Of a DNA stretch of 64,000 nucleotides, positions 1 to 10,403 are shown piece by piece. Within the stretch, counting starts at the first letter, position 1. The number at the start of each line of letters is the position of its first letter. A program made the position numbers and the translations under genes. The stretch comes from an uncultured Desulfospira sp. (GTDB taxonomy: Bacteria; Desulfobacterota; Desulfobacteria; Desulfobacterales; Desulfobacteraceae): assembly GCA_963663165.1 (NCBI GenBank), contig OY760175.1:896001-960000 (forward strand). Reading direction: 5' to 3'. Under the pieces are notes generated by a model that had not been told where the DNA came from, searched no databases, and saw nothing but the letters and a program-made list of their open reading frames with translations.

Positions 1-447
1 TTTTATAAATTCACCTTTAATATCCAAAATTGTTCAGAAGTCCTCGGAGCTGAATTAAAAGTCAATGTGGACGACATGGCAGTAGCTTACCTTAACGGTC
101 ACAGAATTTCCCCCAAAATTTCAGCAGAAGATTTCACAAGTGAAGCCGGTAGAGAAAGAACTGAAAACGGAGTTCCAATTCTGGCATGGCCGAATATGGA
201 TACTTTAAATGTCAATCCTGACTTATTCGTTCAGGGGGCAAATGTTCTTGTGTTTGGTGTCATTGGTGATGCCATTAATGAGTATGGAAACCAACTGGAA
301 CCAACTGGAGTTGAGTTTGCCATGGCAATTGATATTAAAAACCCACCCTGCAAAGGGGATCTTGATGAAGATGGAGATGTTGATGGTAATGATTTACTTG
401 AATTCACAAATGTATTTGGTAAGGAGTGCACGACAACTTCCGAATAG
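1..447 (+). CDS. 5'-partial protein with C-terminal dockerin/EF-hand-like tag
   Basis: Frame is open from base 1 (FYKFTFNIQNC...). Ends GDLDEDGDVDGNDLLEF, a dockerin-like Ca-binding motif. Confidence 0.7.
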   Translation, partial: FYKFTFNIQNCSEVLGAELKVNVDDMAVAYLNGHRISPKISAEDFTSEAGRERTENGVPILAWPNMDTLNVNPDLFVQGANVLVFGVIGDAINEYGNQLEPTGVEFAMAIDIKNPPCKGDLDEDGDVDGNDLLEFTNVFGKECTTTSE

Positions 448-586
448 AAATCTATAGTCAACAAAATACATTTTCGCTCCCGTACATAGAACCTGAGAAA
501 TCAATTTAATACCGGATAAAATTGATTCTTTGCGAACCGACCAATGTATAGGGAATTTAGGAATCTTACGGAGAGTACCTTATCTA

Positions 587-1633
587 TCATGTGTCGCCCA
601 AAGGCTTTATAGAAAGGGTAATGTCCGTGTCCTCTTTAAATCCGTATACGCCGACAAGCCATTCAAAGGGACCGGCATCGGGTTTTGAGGTCAGCCGCAC
701 TTCCTGGCTTAAAAATCGGTCGTCAAATTCCCAGATATTTTTACCGTAATCATACACCCCCACACCGCTGCCAAGTACGGAGTACTGGTCATAATCCCTG
801 TGACCGGTGATGGAAACAAGGTCAAAGGCATCGGCTTCGTATTCAATCTTCAGCGCCTGGCCTGCCCCTTCCTGGTCAAGGGTTGAGTCGTGGAACCCTC
901 TCATCTCGGTGGGGTTGTCGTTTTTCAGGCCGTCGTCACTTGTAAATACTCTGTAAAGTCCCTGGCCGTCATCGTATTCAAAAGCATCCACGACCAGGGA
1001 AACAGACAGGTTATTATTGGGCAGCCACAATGCATTGGCCTTGATGTTTCTTCTATCGATCTTTGTAGCATCGTCCTGCCCGGTACGTGTATTTTTCATA
1101 AACCCGTCGCTGATGATGCCCCGGCCGTCAATGCCCAGAAAAAATCTGTCTTTTAAAACCGGAATATCAAGGCTGACACCGGCTTCATATTCCGGGATCA
1201 TGCCGTGGGAGGTGTCAAAGATGCTGTATGTGGCTTCAACGGTTCCGCTGAATGCGTTGCCCGGTTCCCGGGTCACAATATTCAATACGCCGGACTCCGT
1301 GTTTCTGCCGTAAAGGGTGCCCTGGGGACCGCGCAGGAATTCCACCCGTTCAACGTCAAGCAGTTCCAGGTTGTGCATGAACTGCAGCGGATAGTTGATA
1401 CCATCAATGTAAACGCCCACTGGCCCGATGGTGGCACCGTCCACCGAGGATACACCCCGGACCACCATGATATTCTCCATAGTCGCTTCTTTGAAATAAA
1501 CATTGAGAACAAAGCGGATCAAATCAGGCGTATCTGCTACGCCGGCATATTTCAGAGCCATGGCATCAAATGCATCCATACTGACAGGTACATCCTGCTC
1601 GTCAGCTTTTCTTTTTTCCGCTGTTACCGTCAT
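587..1633 (-). pseudogene. TonB-dependent receptor fragment (plug plus first barrel strands)
   Basis: TVTAEKR, VERVEFLRGPQGTLYGRN and SQEVRL motifs. Only 348 aa with no terminal Phe strand. In-frame TAA two codons upstream of the ATG and no signal peptide. Confidence 0.8.
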
Positions 1634-1945
1634 GGTTTAAACAATGGGAGCATACCATTTATCAATTTACGTGAGGTCATATTCAGTCGCCGTCGGATTG
1701 TTGAAGTTTGAAAATTTTTGTTTTATTTCATCTGGTTGATCCTGTTTTTCGGAAATGTTAATATTTCTTGACAAAAAGCGATGAAGCATTTACTCATACT
1801 ACTAAACTAAAGCACAATCAAATTTGGATGTCATGACTAAATCAATGAGTCGTGGTAAATTAAATGTATAGGGATGGACGCCACAAAGGTTAAAAAGTGG
1901 TTATTATTTTTATGTTTATACTGAATAGAGGAGGAATATCTACAG

Positions 1946-3808
1946 ATGAAAATTGTAAAATGGACGTTTTCCGGCTTGTTTTTGATCCTGTGTTTGCTGT
2001 TTCTTACGGCCTGCAATGGCGGCGGTGGCGGCGGCGGTGATGCTGCGGATGCCACCATCAGCGGTATTGCCGCAGCGGGCGCTCCCATAGTCGGTACCAT
2101 AAATATCAGAGGGGCAAACGGTGTCACATCCCAAAGTGCAATTCTGGCTGACGGCAGTTACGAAGTCAATGTTGAAGCCCTGACTGCCCCCTTTCTGATC
2201 TGGGCCCAGGGAACGGCCAACGGAAAGGAAGTCAAGCTTTATTCCACGGTGGACTCTACTGAGGAAAACGCCAATGTCACACCGGCCACCAATTTGGTCA
2301 TGGCCATGGCTTTAGGGGCGGACCCGGCAGACGTTTATGAGGATGATCCTGATGCGGATGTTCCTGATGCCGCTGATATAGTCAATGCGGCGGTACGGGT
2401 CCAGGAACTTTTAAGCAGTGTTTTCGCCACCCTGGAAATGGATGCAGATTTTGATTTGATGAACGGTGAATTTGTCATCGGAGAGTCCTTTGACAGGGTC
2501 CTTGACACGGTATCCTTTCAAGTAGACAGCACAGACCCTGACAATGTGACCGTAGAGATTGCCGACAAGTCCTCGGGTACAACAATGTTTGAACATAACG
2601 CTTCAAGCGGGGAAACCGAAAAGGAACTGACACCTGAGGAAGTTCAGGAGATTGTGGGGGCCAATCTCACTTTCCAGGAAGAAGCCCTGGCCATATTTAA
2701 GAAAATAGAAGCGTTATATGCGACTTCAGAGCCAACTATAGCTAAATTGAAAGCGGCGCTTCTCCCCTACATGACGTCTGATTTTCTGGATGAGGGCATG
2801 GGCCGGGAAGATTTCCTGGAAGATTGGCTGGATGAAGATGAAGGGCCAACCACCGGCATTACGATCACGGCGGTGAGTATTTACCGGGGAATGAGCAACG
2901 CTAAAACGGTGTATAATAATGTAACAATAGACGAAATGCCCGGTTATACGGAAGGAAACTGGTGTTTGGTAACATTGAGCGAAAATGGGGTTACAGAGAG
3001 TTTTATCACCTCATTTGTCAAAGACGGTGACATCGTGAAATGGTATGGCAACCAGTGTCCATTTTATGACGGTGGGGATATAGAAAGTGACCATGTTTTT
3101 GAGACGCGGGAATACGGTGGGGATAGCAAATGGTCCGGCCTTGATTTATGGGCTGAAGATGAGGGTAATGTGGCGTTGGACACCTATGGTATTAATGGGT
3201 TTATTGTGTTGCATCCAGCGTTGCCCAGTCTGACCAATATCGGTTATCCCGGCATCAACGGTCTTTTGCTTGAACGGACCAGTGATATAGATCCGGAATA
3301 TACAATTTCTTCAACAACGACATCCCATTGGATGAGTCAATATACAGAAGATGACGGTTTGAAAATTGAAGAACTCACGGCGGGTGATGAGTTTTTCTTT
3401 GTCGGGGTGGATGTTGACACCAAAACAGTCAAGCACAGCTGGATTTGCCCGCTTAATGCCGTTCCCCTCAAGGCGAGCAAACTGACCAACGCGCATTTTC
3501 CAACCATTACTACGCCAACTGATTCCGGTGATGTAAGTATTCCCGGAGAGGTCTCTGTGGCCTGGACCCTGCCCACGGCAGTAGATGCCTTTGGAGACTG
3601 GGTTTCCATTAACTTTGGTACTGGTTCCAATTGGTCAAATATGGACAACGATAATCCTGAGTGGGGTGATAAAGACTGGGTGACAACCACCTTTGATACC
3701 TCTGAAACCAGTATCACCAATCCCACCTGGTTTAATGTCCAGGTAACTGCAGAGGACGGCAGTGGCATGGCTTTTAAAAGGATTCTTTCTTTTTCACTGC
3801 CCCAATAA
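1946..3808 (+). CDS. Acidic lipoprotein, unknown function
   Basis: RBS GAGGAGG; lipobox LTAC followed by a poly-Gly linker; ISGIAAAGAPI and NVTPAT motifs typical of N-terminal carboxypeptidase-regulatory-like domains. Confidence 0.8.
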   Translation: MKIVKWTFSGLFLILCLLFLTACNGGGGGGGDAADATISGIAAAGAPIVGTINIRGANGVTSQSAILADGSYEVNVEALTAPFLIWAQGTANGKEVKLYSTVDSTEENANVTPATNLVMAMALGADPADVYEDDPDADVPDAADIVNAAVRVQELLSSVFATLEMDADFDLMNGEFVIGESFDRVLDTVSFQVDSTDPDNVTVEIADKSSGTTMFEHNASSGETEKELTPEEVQEIVGANLTFQEEALAIFKKIEALYATSEPTIAKLKAALLPYMTSDFLDEGMGREDFLEDWLDEDEGPTTGITITAVSIYRGMSNAKTVYNNVTIDEMPGYTEGNWCLVTLSENGVTESFITSFVKDGDIVKWYGNQCPFYDGGDIESDHVFETREYGGDSKWSGLDLWAEDEGNVALDTYGINGFIVLHPALPSLTNIGYPGINGLLLERTSDIDPEYTISSTTTSHWMSQYTEDDGLKIEELTAGDEFFFVGVDVDTKTVKHSWICPLNAVPLKASKLTNAHFPTITTPTDSGDVSIPGEVSVAWTLPTAVDAFGDWVSINFGTGSNWSNMDNDNPEWGDKDWVTTTFDTSETSITNPTWFNVQVTAEDGSGMAFKRILSFSLPQ

Positions 3809-3861
3809 CAATAGCCGGTCGGGTTTTGTCGGTGGTTGATCCGGAATAACGGACCGTTAGG

Positions 3862-3903
3862 GAGACAAGGCCTTTAATTTTAAACAGGCCTTGTCTCTCT
3901 TTG
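3862..3903 (+). terminator. Probable intrinsic terminator
   Basis: GAGACAAGGCCT...AGGCCTTGTCTC stem followed by TCTTT, downstream of the lipoprotein gene. Confidence 0.55.
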
Positions 3904-3975
3904 CTGCAACACACCGGTTGGTTTTAAGGATGGCAGTCCCCTTTCCGATACGGCAGTTAAAGGGACTGCCTATCC

Positions 3976-4818
3976 ATGGATTTAAGCAGGCCAACAGTAA
4001 ATATGAAAAGACCTTTTATAATCATAAGCCTGGTTTTTATTTTAACTTTTTATGGTTTCTTTTTTGAAACCGTTAAGATGAGTGCGCTTGCCAAATCCCA
4101 GACAGTTCATAATGAAAATACAAAAAGCGTTAAGGCTGACAGAGCCAAAGATGCGCTACTTCGAAAAACGAATTTAGACCTTGAACTTTTAGGAACAATT
4201 GTCGCAGAAGGCAGTGCTTCTTATGCCATTATCCGGAATAAACATACACATGACCAGATTCTGTATTCAACAGGGGATAGAGTTAATGACGCTGTTGTGG
4301 AAAGGATCTTCAGAGAAAAGGTTGTTCTGGCGGTTAACGGGGAAAATGAGATACTGCATATTCAAAAAGGCCGTCAGGTTTTGCCGGATACCGGCGGAAA
4401 GCCAACCCGGGACTATGGAACACAACATAAGGATGGTAAAGATCATATCGCGGTAAAAAAAGAACATGTTGAACAAATAATAAATAATTTTGACGTGCTG
4501 CAAAAACTGATTCGTGTCCAACCGGTTTATTCCAATAAAAAAATGGATGGTTATAAAGTTACGGGAATAACAGCAGGTTCTGTTTTTGAAAAAATCGGTT
4601 TAAAGAACGGGGATGTTGTGGTGGGTGTCAACTCGAAAAAAATTACATCAATAGAAGATGTCGCAATAATTTATGAGGAATTTCAATCACTTGGGGACTT
4701 AAGCGATATAGATCTTGAGATAAAAAGAGAACAAAATACCGGCCCAAAACACAGGTTCCGCCGTAAAAAAAGATCCCCGAACCCATCTGCATACCGGGCT
4801 ATCTCCGGTAATAGCTGA
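3976..4818 (+). CDS. gspC: Type II secretion protein C with PDZ domain
   Basis: N-terminal TM helix; HR domain LELLGTI..YAII..REKVVL.NG; PDZ motif GSVFEKIGLKNGDVV..VN. Confidence 0.8.
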   Translation: MDLSRPTVNMKRPFIIISLVFILTFYGFFFETVKMSALAKSQTVHNENTKSVKADRAKDALLRKTNLDLELLGTIVAEGSASYAIIRNKHTHDQILYSTGDRVNDAVVERIFREKVVLAVNGENEILHIQKGRQVLPDTGGKPTRDYGTQHKDGKDHIAVKKEHVEQIINNFDVLQKLIRVQPVYSNKKMDGYKVTGITAGSVFEKIGLKNGDVVVGVNSKKITSIEDVAIIYEEFQSLGDLSDIDLEIKREQNTGPKHRFRRKKRSPNPSAYRAISGNS

Positions 4819-5158
4819 CAATACCCTAATAAACGGAGACCGGGAACAGGAGACCGGAGGCCGGAATACGTATACCTTAAGAAGGTGCAACTCCCGGTTT
4901 CCGGTCTTCATTCCTTCAGTCTCCCCGCAGGGGCGCCTAAGATGCCTTTACTAAACCAAGTTTAAATGATACTCTTTTTTTGAGTCATAATGAGCCGTTA
5001 AGGTAGGTTAAAATAGAGTTCGCCGGATCATCCAGCCGCTGCCAAGACATCGCAACCTCATACCGGACCGTGGCCGTTTTGCTCAAACATGCTCATGAAT
5101 TTCATTTCACCGGATCTGATCCACAGGGTAATGTCAACGTTAACGGGGTGGGTGCCGG

Positions 5159-5731
5159 ATGGGAACGAAACACACCATTTCAGAAAGTCTTGCAAGCGAT
5201 ACCTTTCCGCTTAATATCGCCATTGTGGGCGGCGGCCGGACCTGCCGGTTTTTTCTTGAGCTGATCCATGATGACCCCCTGCCGTTCTTTGATATCAAAA
5301 TACTGGGGGTGTGTGATAAAAACTCCCGGGCCGAGGGGATTCTGATGGCCCGGAAAATGGGGATATATACAAACAACAGCCTTGATGACCTGCTGAAAAT
5401 TGAACGCCTTGACAGCGTTCTTGAGCTGACGGGAAAGCAAATCGTCCTTCTTGAAATTATCCGGCTAAAACCCCGGGGGGTCGGGGTTCTTGAGTACAAT
5501 ATCAGCCGGGTGCTGCGCAATCTTCTAAAAACCCGCCAGCGGCTTGAATCAACCGAGCAACGGCTTTTGGCCGAAAAAACATTTTCCAATCTGTTGATCC
5601 GCCAGAGTACGGCGGCCATTGTTTCTATTAATACGGATTTCACCATTGTTGATGCCAATGACGCCTATCTTAAAACGGTGAAAAAGACAAAGGACCAGGT
5701 CATGGGTGCCCGCTGCTATGAAATTTCATAG
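5159..5731 (+). pseudogene. Truncated sensor protein (Rossmann-like plus PAS N-terminus)
   Basis: IAIVGGG motif, then PAS (IVDANDAYL...GARCYEIS) that stops mid-domain next to the IS91-like end. Confidence 0.7.
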
Positions 5732-5799
5732 ACAGATACAACAGATAAGAACTTGCTTTTTGACTCAAGAAGTATAGAAAAATATTGGAAGCTTGAAAT

Positions 5800-5855
5800 A
5801 TGCCCCCGCCGGGCCACAGGCACAACATGTTGTGCCTGTGGCCCGGCGGGGGCAT
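5800..5855. repeat. Perfect 56 bp palindrome
   Basis: ATGCCCCCGCCGGGCCACAGGCACAACA followed directly by its exact reverse complement. Confidence 0.95.
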
Positions 5856-6633
5856 TCGCCGAAAAAAGGGATGTCGCAGGACAGAGGTAAAAGAATAGCC
5901 TGTATCAGAAATCTCCAAAGCAAATATGAAAATTCCAAAATTTAAGCTGATTTTAAGCGCACCTCACCAGAAACCCCGCGTACAGAGAAAATCAATTCCA
6001 ATACTCAACTGCCGGGATCTGGGAGACTGAAAAGTCATAAACCAACTCAGGAATGGGATCAGAAATAACCGCCTGCGGTGGGTCATGGTTGTGGATATCC
6101 CATAAGCCCAGGTGCCGCAAAATCTTTTCGATAATATCAAGATCTTCGATAAAAGAAATAATTTTCATTTGGCCCTGACATTTTGGGCAAACCAAAGGAT
6201 CAATTTCATAAATTTTTTGGATTAATCTGGCCCAATTCTGCCTTGCTTCTTTTGAAGACATCTTATTTTGTATAATTGTCGGGATTGTGTTATCAGTTTC
6301 CGCCTTCTTTCTCATCCCCCTGGACTTGTTAGAAAAGTAACTATAGTAACGAACGGTATGCTCGTATCTTCCTGGAATATGTGTCACCAACCTGGCAAGC
6401 CAATCCAAAGCATTAAACATTTTTTGGGATTTTCCATCTTTGGCGGTATAAATGATTTTAGCAATACCATCATCAGATTTTTCGACCGGAATATAGACCA
6501 GTCTTTCCTGGGAGAAGCAGGCTCGAATGATATATCTTGCCAGGTTGCCAAGTCCGATTTTATCATCAGGCTCAATTCTGTCTCCGATATAAACTTTAAA
6601 TCCGGAATGATACCAGGAAAGCATGTTGTTCAA

Positions 6634-6652
6634 GTTTCTGCCCTTCAGGGTA
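6634..6652 (-). repeat. 19 bp micro-insertion (TACCCTGAAGGGCAGAAAC)
   Basis: Sits at a transposase frameshift; matches the other copies. Confidence 0.8.
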
Positions 6653-6992
6653 TGATGGCATCATTTATTTTCCCCTCTTTCTTGAGCATTTTCAGCACCT
6701 CATACTGAAATGCTTCTTCCAGGTCTTCAAGCATAAATATCGGAGCAGTCTGAAAGCTGCCGTCTTTTAAGAAACAACCGTCTGAAACTATGGCGTGAAG
6801 ATGCGGATTGAAATTTAGAAAGTCGCCATAGGTCTGCACTGCAATACTGGCACCGGGAACAGCTTCTCCACCCGGGACCGTAGATTTCAGGTAAGCTGTA
6901 ATAACACTCCATGCACATTTGGAAAGTTTTGCCAGTAAAGTGCGGTCATAAAGAAAATAAATTCGTAACCGTTTAGGGATGCTGAAAACCCA

Positions 6993-7011
6993 GTTTCTGA
7001 CCTTTAGGTTA
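6993..7011 (-). repeat. 19 bp micro-insertion (TAACCTAAAGGTCAGAAAC)
   Basis: Removal restores CGG CAA TGG GTT TTC (RQWVF). Confidence 0.85.
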
Positions 7012-7263
7012 TTGCCGGTATGGGACATCTTTTAAGACATTTGTCAGCAGCCATTCTCCATATTCGACAACCCTTTTCTGATGATAGGATGGGCAAAAAT
7101 GCCGGCGCTTGCAAGAAAATGCCAGAAGACACTCATGGCCACATTCTTCACAACGGACCCTGGCAAACCCCATATGAAGATCACCACAGTCGAGATATCT
7201 GTAAATTACAGTCATGACGTATGTTCGCCAATAGCCGTATCTGGATTTATACATATCATCCCA

Positions 7264-7281
7264 GTTTCTGCCCTCCGGGTA
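7264..7281 (-). repeat. 18 bp in-frame micro-insertion (TACCCGGAGGGCAGAAAC)
   Basis: Adds YPEGRN within ERV/WDD of the transposase. Confidence 0.8.
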
Positions 7282-7529
7282 CACCCGTTCCAACTCTTCA
7301 AAATGATTCTCAACACACTTGTAATATGCGCTTTCTTTGGGAGTACGCGGTTTGTAAACATCAAAATTACTTGTTGCCTGTTGGGCCATTACGCGCTTAT
7401 GTGTTAATTAGGTTTTCCAGGTGTATCAGGGTGGGCTTGGGATTGTTCAGGATGAGGGCAACTACTGGTTGTTGATGAAAACATACAATAATTGTTGAAT
7501 AAACTAAACAAAAATAAAAATTGAAATCG

Positions 7530-7577
7530 CCCTAACAAAAAAATGCTGCGGATAAACCGCAGATTTTGACGTTCTGG
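7530..7577 (+). other. Integron attC-like recombination site (48 bp)
   Basis: CCCTAAC-N5-AATGCTGC...GCAGATT-N5-GTTCTGG. L''/L' pair with one extrahelical G. A TGA lies just upstream. Confidence 0.65.
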
Positions 7578-8577
7578 GTGCGACACGAGGTCGCACTATT
7601 GGCTGTTTGCGGGCCTGTCGGTCCTGACCAAACCCGGCATTCTCCTGCCGGTACCCTATGTGGCATGCGGTTTCCGGTGCATCCGGAAACGGTGTGAAGC
7701 CCAACCGAAAACGTACCGAATTCCGCAATTGCGGAAGGGGTGGAAGCCGTGAGGCGGATATCCTCCTGGAAGCCTCAATCCGGTTGAGGGCAAGGGTTTG
7801 GATGATATGGTCAAATTAATTGAATGTTCCGTAAGTACCGTCACGGAGAGCAAGCTAAAGAGGCTGGTAAGCTTGGACCTAAAGGTGAGCGGTCAGGTTG
7901 CAGATTTCCGAACTACCGCGTGAGATGTTGCGCCGCCGGTGCTTAAGGGCAGGCCTAAGTCATCCACTAATTGGCAATAGTGTGGAACGTGGAAACCCCG
8001 TATCTTCGCCGGGAACATTCGGCAGGTGAAACCGTAAGGCACACTGATGAAGGTGCGGGAGTAAGATGCAGGAAAAAGCGAATGCCATCTTGTAATGAGG
8101 TGGATACGGATTGAGATGGATCTATTCTTCAACATTACCCGGCCCGAAAGGGAGCTGACGTCCGGCGGGTGTGGCTACAGACACACCCGGACAGGTGTTT
8201 CTTTGCGAGAAAGTCTGGAGAATCTTTGAAAATGGGAAAGCAAATGACGGCAATAGCTGGTGCGCCCATCAGCAGTTTATACTGTTAAAAGACTGTAGAT
8301 GCGTATCGCAAAGGTTGTTAGAGAAGCACACGACATGCACATCCAGAGGCATTTTCAAAAGACGTATGTTTTTTGACCAGAAAAAAAAGAACTGTACTTC
8401 CCTGGCGGATCATCAAAGAAGCATGCTATGGAATAACTGTAAATTTCATTATTGCTTAAACAACCGGGTGGCCCCGCAAGGCTTAGCCTTAGAAATGCTT
8501 GAGCCGTATGACGGGAAACTGTCACGTACGGTTCTGAGGGGGCTTGGGGCAGTTAAAACTGCCCCCGGCTACCCGAT
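7578..8577 (+). ncRNA. Group II intron (IIB/CL-like) lacking an intact RT ORF
   Basis: 5' GTGCGAC; domain V GAGCCGTATGACGGGAAACTGTCACGTACGGTTC; domain VI hairpin ending ACCCGAT; no YADD-containing ORF. Confidence 0.9.
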
Positions 8578-8726
8578 TGACAAAAAATATATGGTTCAAT
8601 ACCGTTGTTGGAAAAACCACTCTCGGAGAGAAGGAAGGAACCCTAATTGTAAAGAATTAAGGCATGTTTTTATTTATAAGTCTCTTTGTATTTAGTTTTC
8701 TAATAGCATTTTTCTCAGATTCGCCA

Positions 8727-10133
8727 TCAAGGAACTATCTGCTTTCCTGCGGCTGTCTTTAACGCCTCAACCAGCGGCCATATCCTGTCCGCTGTTTTTT
8801 CGGCAAATACGCTGCTTTCCATCTCGTGCAGTCTGTCGAACCATTTTTTATCACCGGATCTGTCGTTTCGCCAGCATTGTCGGACTTTTACCGCTTCTTT
8901 GACCAGGGCCTTCATCTCTGAATTTTCAAGCAGTAGCGTTAACATTTTTTTCCCTGTGTGCTTTTTATTGTGAAGGTAAACCTCAAGACTTTGCATCAAC
9001 TCAACCCCTGTATTGTGGTCAGTTGCTTCATCGGCTGATTCCGGTTTTTGGGTTTGCACAAGCCCACCAAGTAACCCTGCGGTTCTGGGAAATCGAATAA
9101 TAGCCGAAATAAAGGGTGCCAATGCTTTTTGCCACCGGTCCATCTCACAAAGAGCAAAAGCCCGTGCAAAATTTTCCTGCGGATAGACCATGCAGACGTA
9201 CCAGGCAGCTTTTTCTGCTTCTTCCCAGGCTCCGCTGTTTAAATACACAGGAATGCGCTCCGACATTGCAGTGATTTTTTGACCGCACTCCTTGTCCAAC
9301 TTATCGCATAGTGCAAGTGCCCGGGTGTATTCGTTATTTCGGTTGCAGGTTTGCGCCAGATAGATTATCGCGCGGATGTATGGCCGGGTTGACAGATCCG
9401 ACCAGTAACTGTCCTTCCGGATCCGCTTTGGAAAAAGTGTGCGACCTATAGTCATGGCATTTTTAAAATGCGTTTTAGCTGCTGCCAGATCATTTTTTGT
9501 CACAGCGGTAAGTCCCAGATAATTGTGGCCCTCGGCATAGTTATCCCAGCACTCAACAAACAGTCCGGCCAAGGCCTCAACCTTATCATATTCCTGATTT
9601 TCATACATTTGGGCAATAGCCTCCATTCCTTCGGCAGGTATTTCACGGCGATGCATCAATGTTCGCCAGAAAAAGGGATTGTCCTGGTTCCATTCGTTTT
9701 CTTCTTGATCTGCAAGGTCAAGCCGCCAACTGATGAGATCCCGCAGATACATAAGCTCGTGTTGCTGATTTTCCAATAGCCTTGCCGATGAAATCAAAAC
9801 CTGGGGATCTGCAATTAAAAGTTCTTTGGTAAATGCAACCATGGCATTTCGAAAGCCGTTTTCCACCCTGCTCTGCTTGTATGGATAAAGATCGGGAAGA
9901 ATAGCCATGTTATTTTTTATAGCGGCGTCCAGCTTTTTCCAATCAAACCGGATCGCTGGAAACTCATCCTCAAGGAATTGCCTGAACATCTGTTTATACT
10001 TGCCGGTTGCAGCCATGGTTTCAGCCTTTGAATAGAACACGAACAATGTCTGCTGTTCCACGGAGTTGGAGACTGAATTCCTTTGCCCATGAACGATAAC
10101 AACTTGATTGCCTTTTTTTCTGACATACGCCAT
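8727..10133 (-). CDS. TPR-containing hypothetical protein
   Basis: RBS AGGGGGAG before MAYVRKKG; TPR-like AEGHNYLG..A.A...F..A; RPYIRA motif. Confidence 0.8.
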   Translation of the reverse strand: MAYVRKKGNQVVIVHGQRNSVSNSVEQQTLFVFYSKAETMAATGKYKQMFRQFLEDEFPAIRFDWKKLDAAIKNNMAILPDLYPYKQSRVENGFRNAMVAFTKELLIADPQVLISSARLLENQQHELMYLRDLISWRLDLADQEENEWNQDNPFFWRTLMHRREIPAEGMEAIAQMYENQEYDKVEALAGLFVECWDNYAEGHNYLGLTAVTKNDLAAAKTHFKNAMTIGRTLFPKRIRKDSYWSDLSTRPYIRAIIYLAQTCNRNNEYTRALALCDKLDKECGQKITAMSERIPVYLNSGAWEEAEKAAWYVCMVYPQENFARAFALCEMDRWQKALAPFISAIIRFPRTAGLLGGLVQTQKPESADEATDHNTGVELMQSLEVYLHNKKHTGKKMLTLLLENSEMKALVKEAVKVRQCWRNDRSGDKKWFDRLHEMESSVFAEKTADRIWPLVEALKTAAGKQIVP

Positions 10134-10403
10134 ATGCTCCCCCTGATGTTGTGTTTTTTTGTATAATTGCACAACAGCACGAATTGTGCAATAAATCATT
10201 TGCGCACAACAACCTTGTAATTTAAAAAAAGAAGAAAGTCATACCGCGCATAGCCAGGTTAACGATGAAAAGAGAAGAAAGCATTTGGTGGTCGCCTTTT
10301 GATGTTAAAATGGAGCCTTTACAGGAATTTTTAACAGGCCTTTTGATTTATATTTTCGTCTGATATAATGCTGAAAAATATATCCGGGAGGTACAAAAAA
10401 ATC

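Larger units (their letters stand above)
5992..7389 (-). pseudogene. IS91-family transposase split into three ORFs
   Basis: Zn-binding RVRCEECGHE..FSCKRRHFCP; HUH motif FNPHLH; VRYY...N; C-terminal CPKC. Frameshifts near 7000 and 6640. Confidence 0.9.
5744..7470 (-). mobile_element. IS91-like (Y2 HUH, rolling-circle) element, degenerate
   Basis: Transposase remnants plus a candidate terminus AAAAAGCAAGTTCTTATC (minus strand, ending at 5744). The right boundary is approximate. Confidence 0.6.

Noticed and set aside
1301..1319. Further copy of the 19 bp micro-element (GTTTCTGCCGTAAAGGGTG)
   Set aside because: It encodes the conserved TLYGRN motif of TonB-dependent receptors, so the match is coincidental.
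8171..8695. 174 aa ORF as a real protein
   Set aside because: It runs through intron domains V-VI and has no RT motifs.
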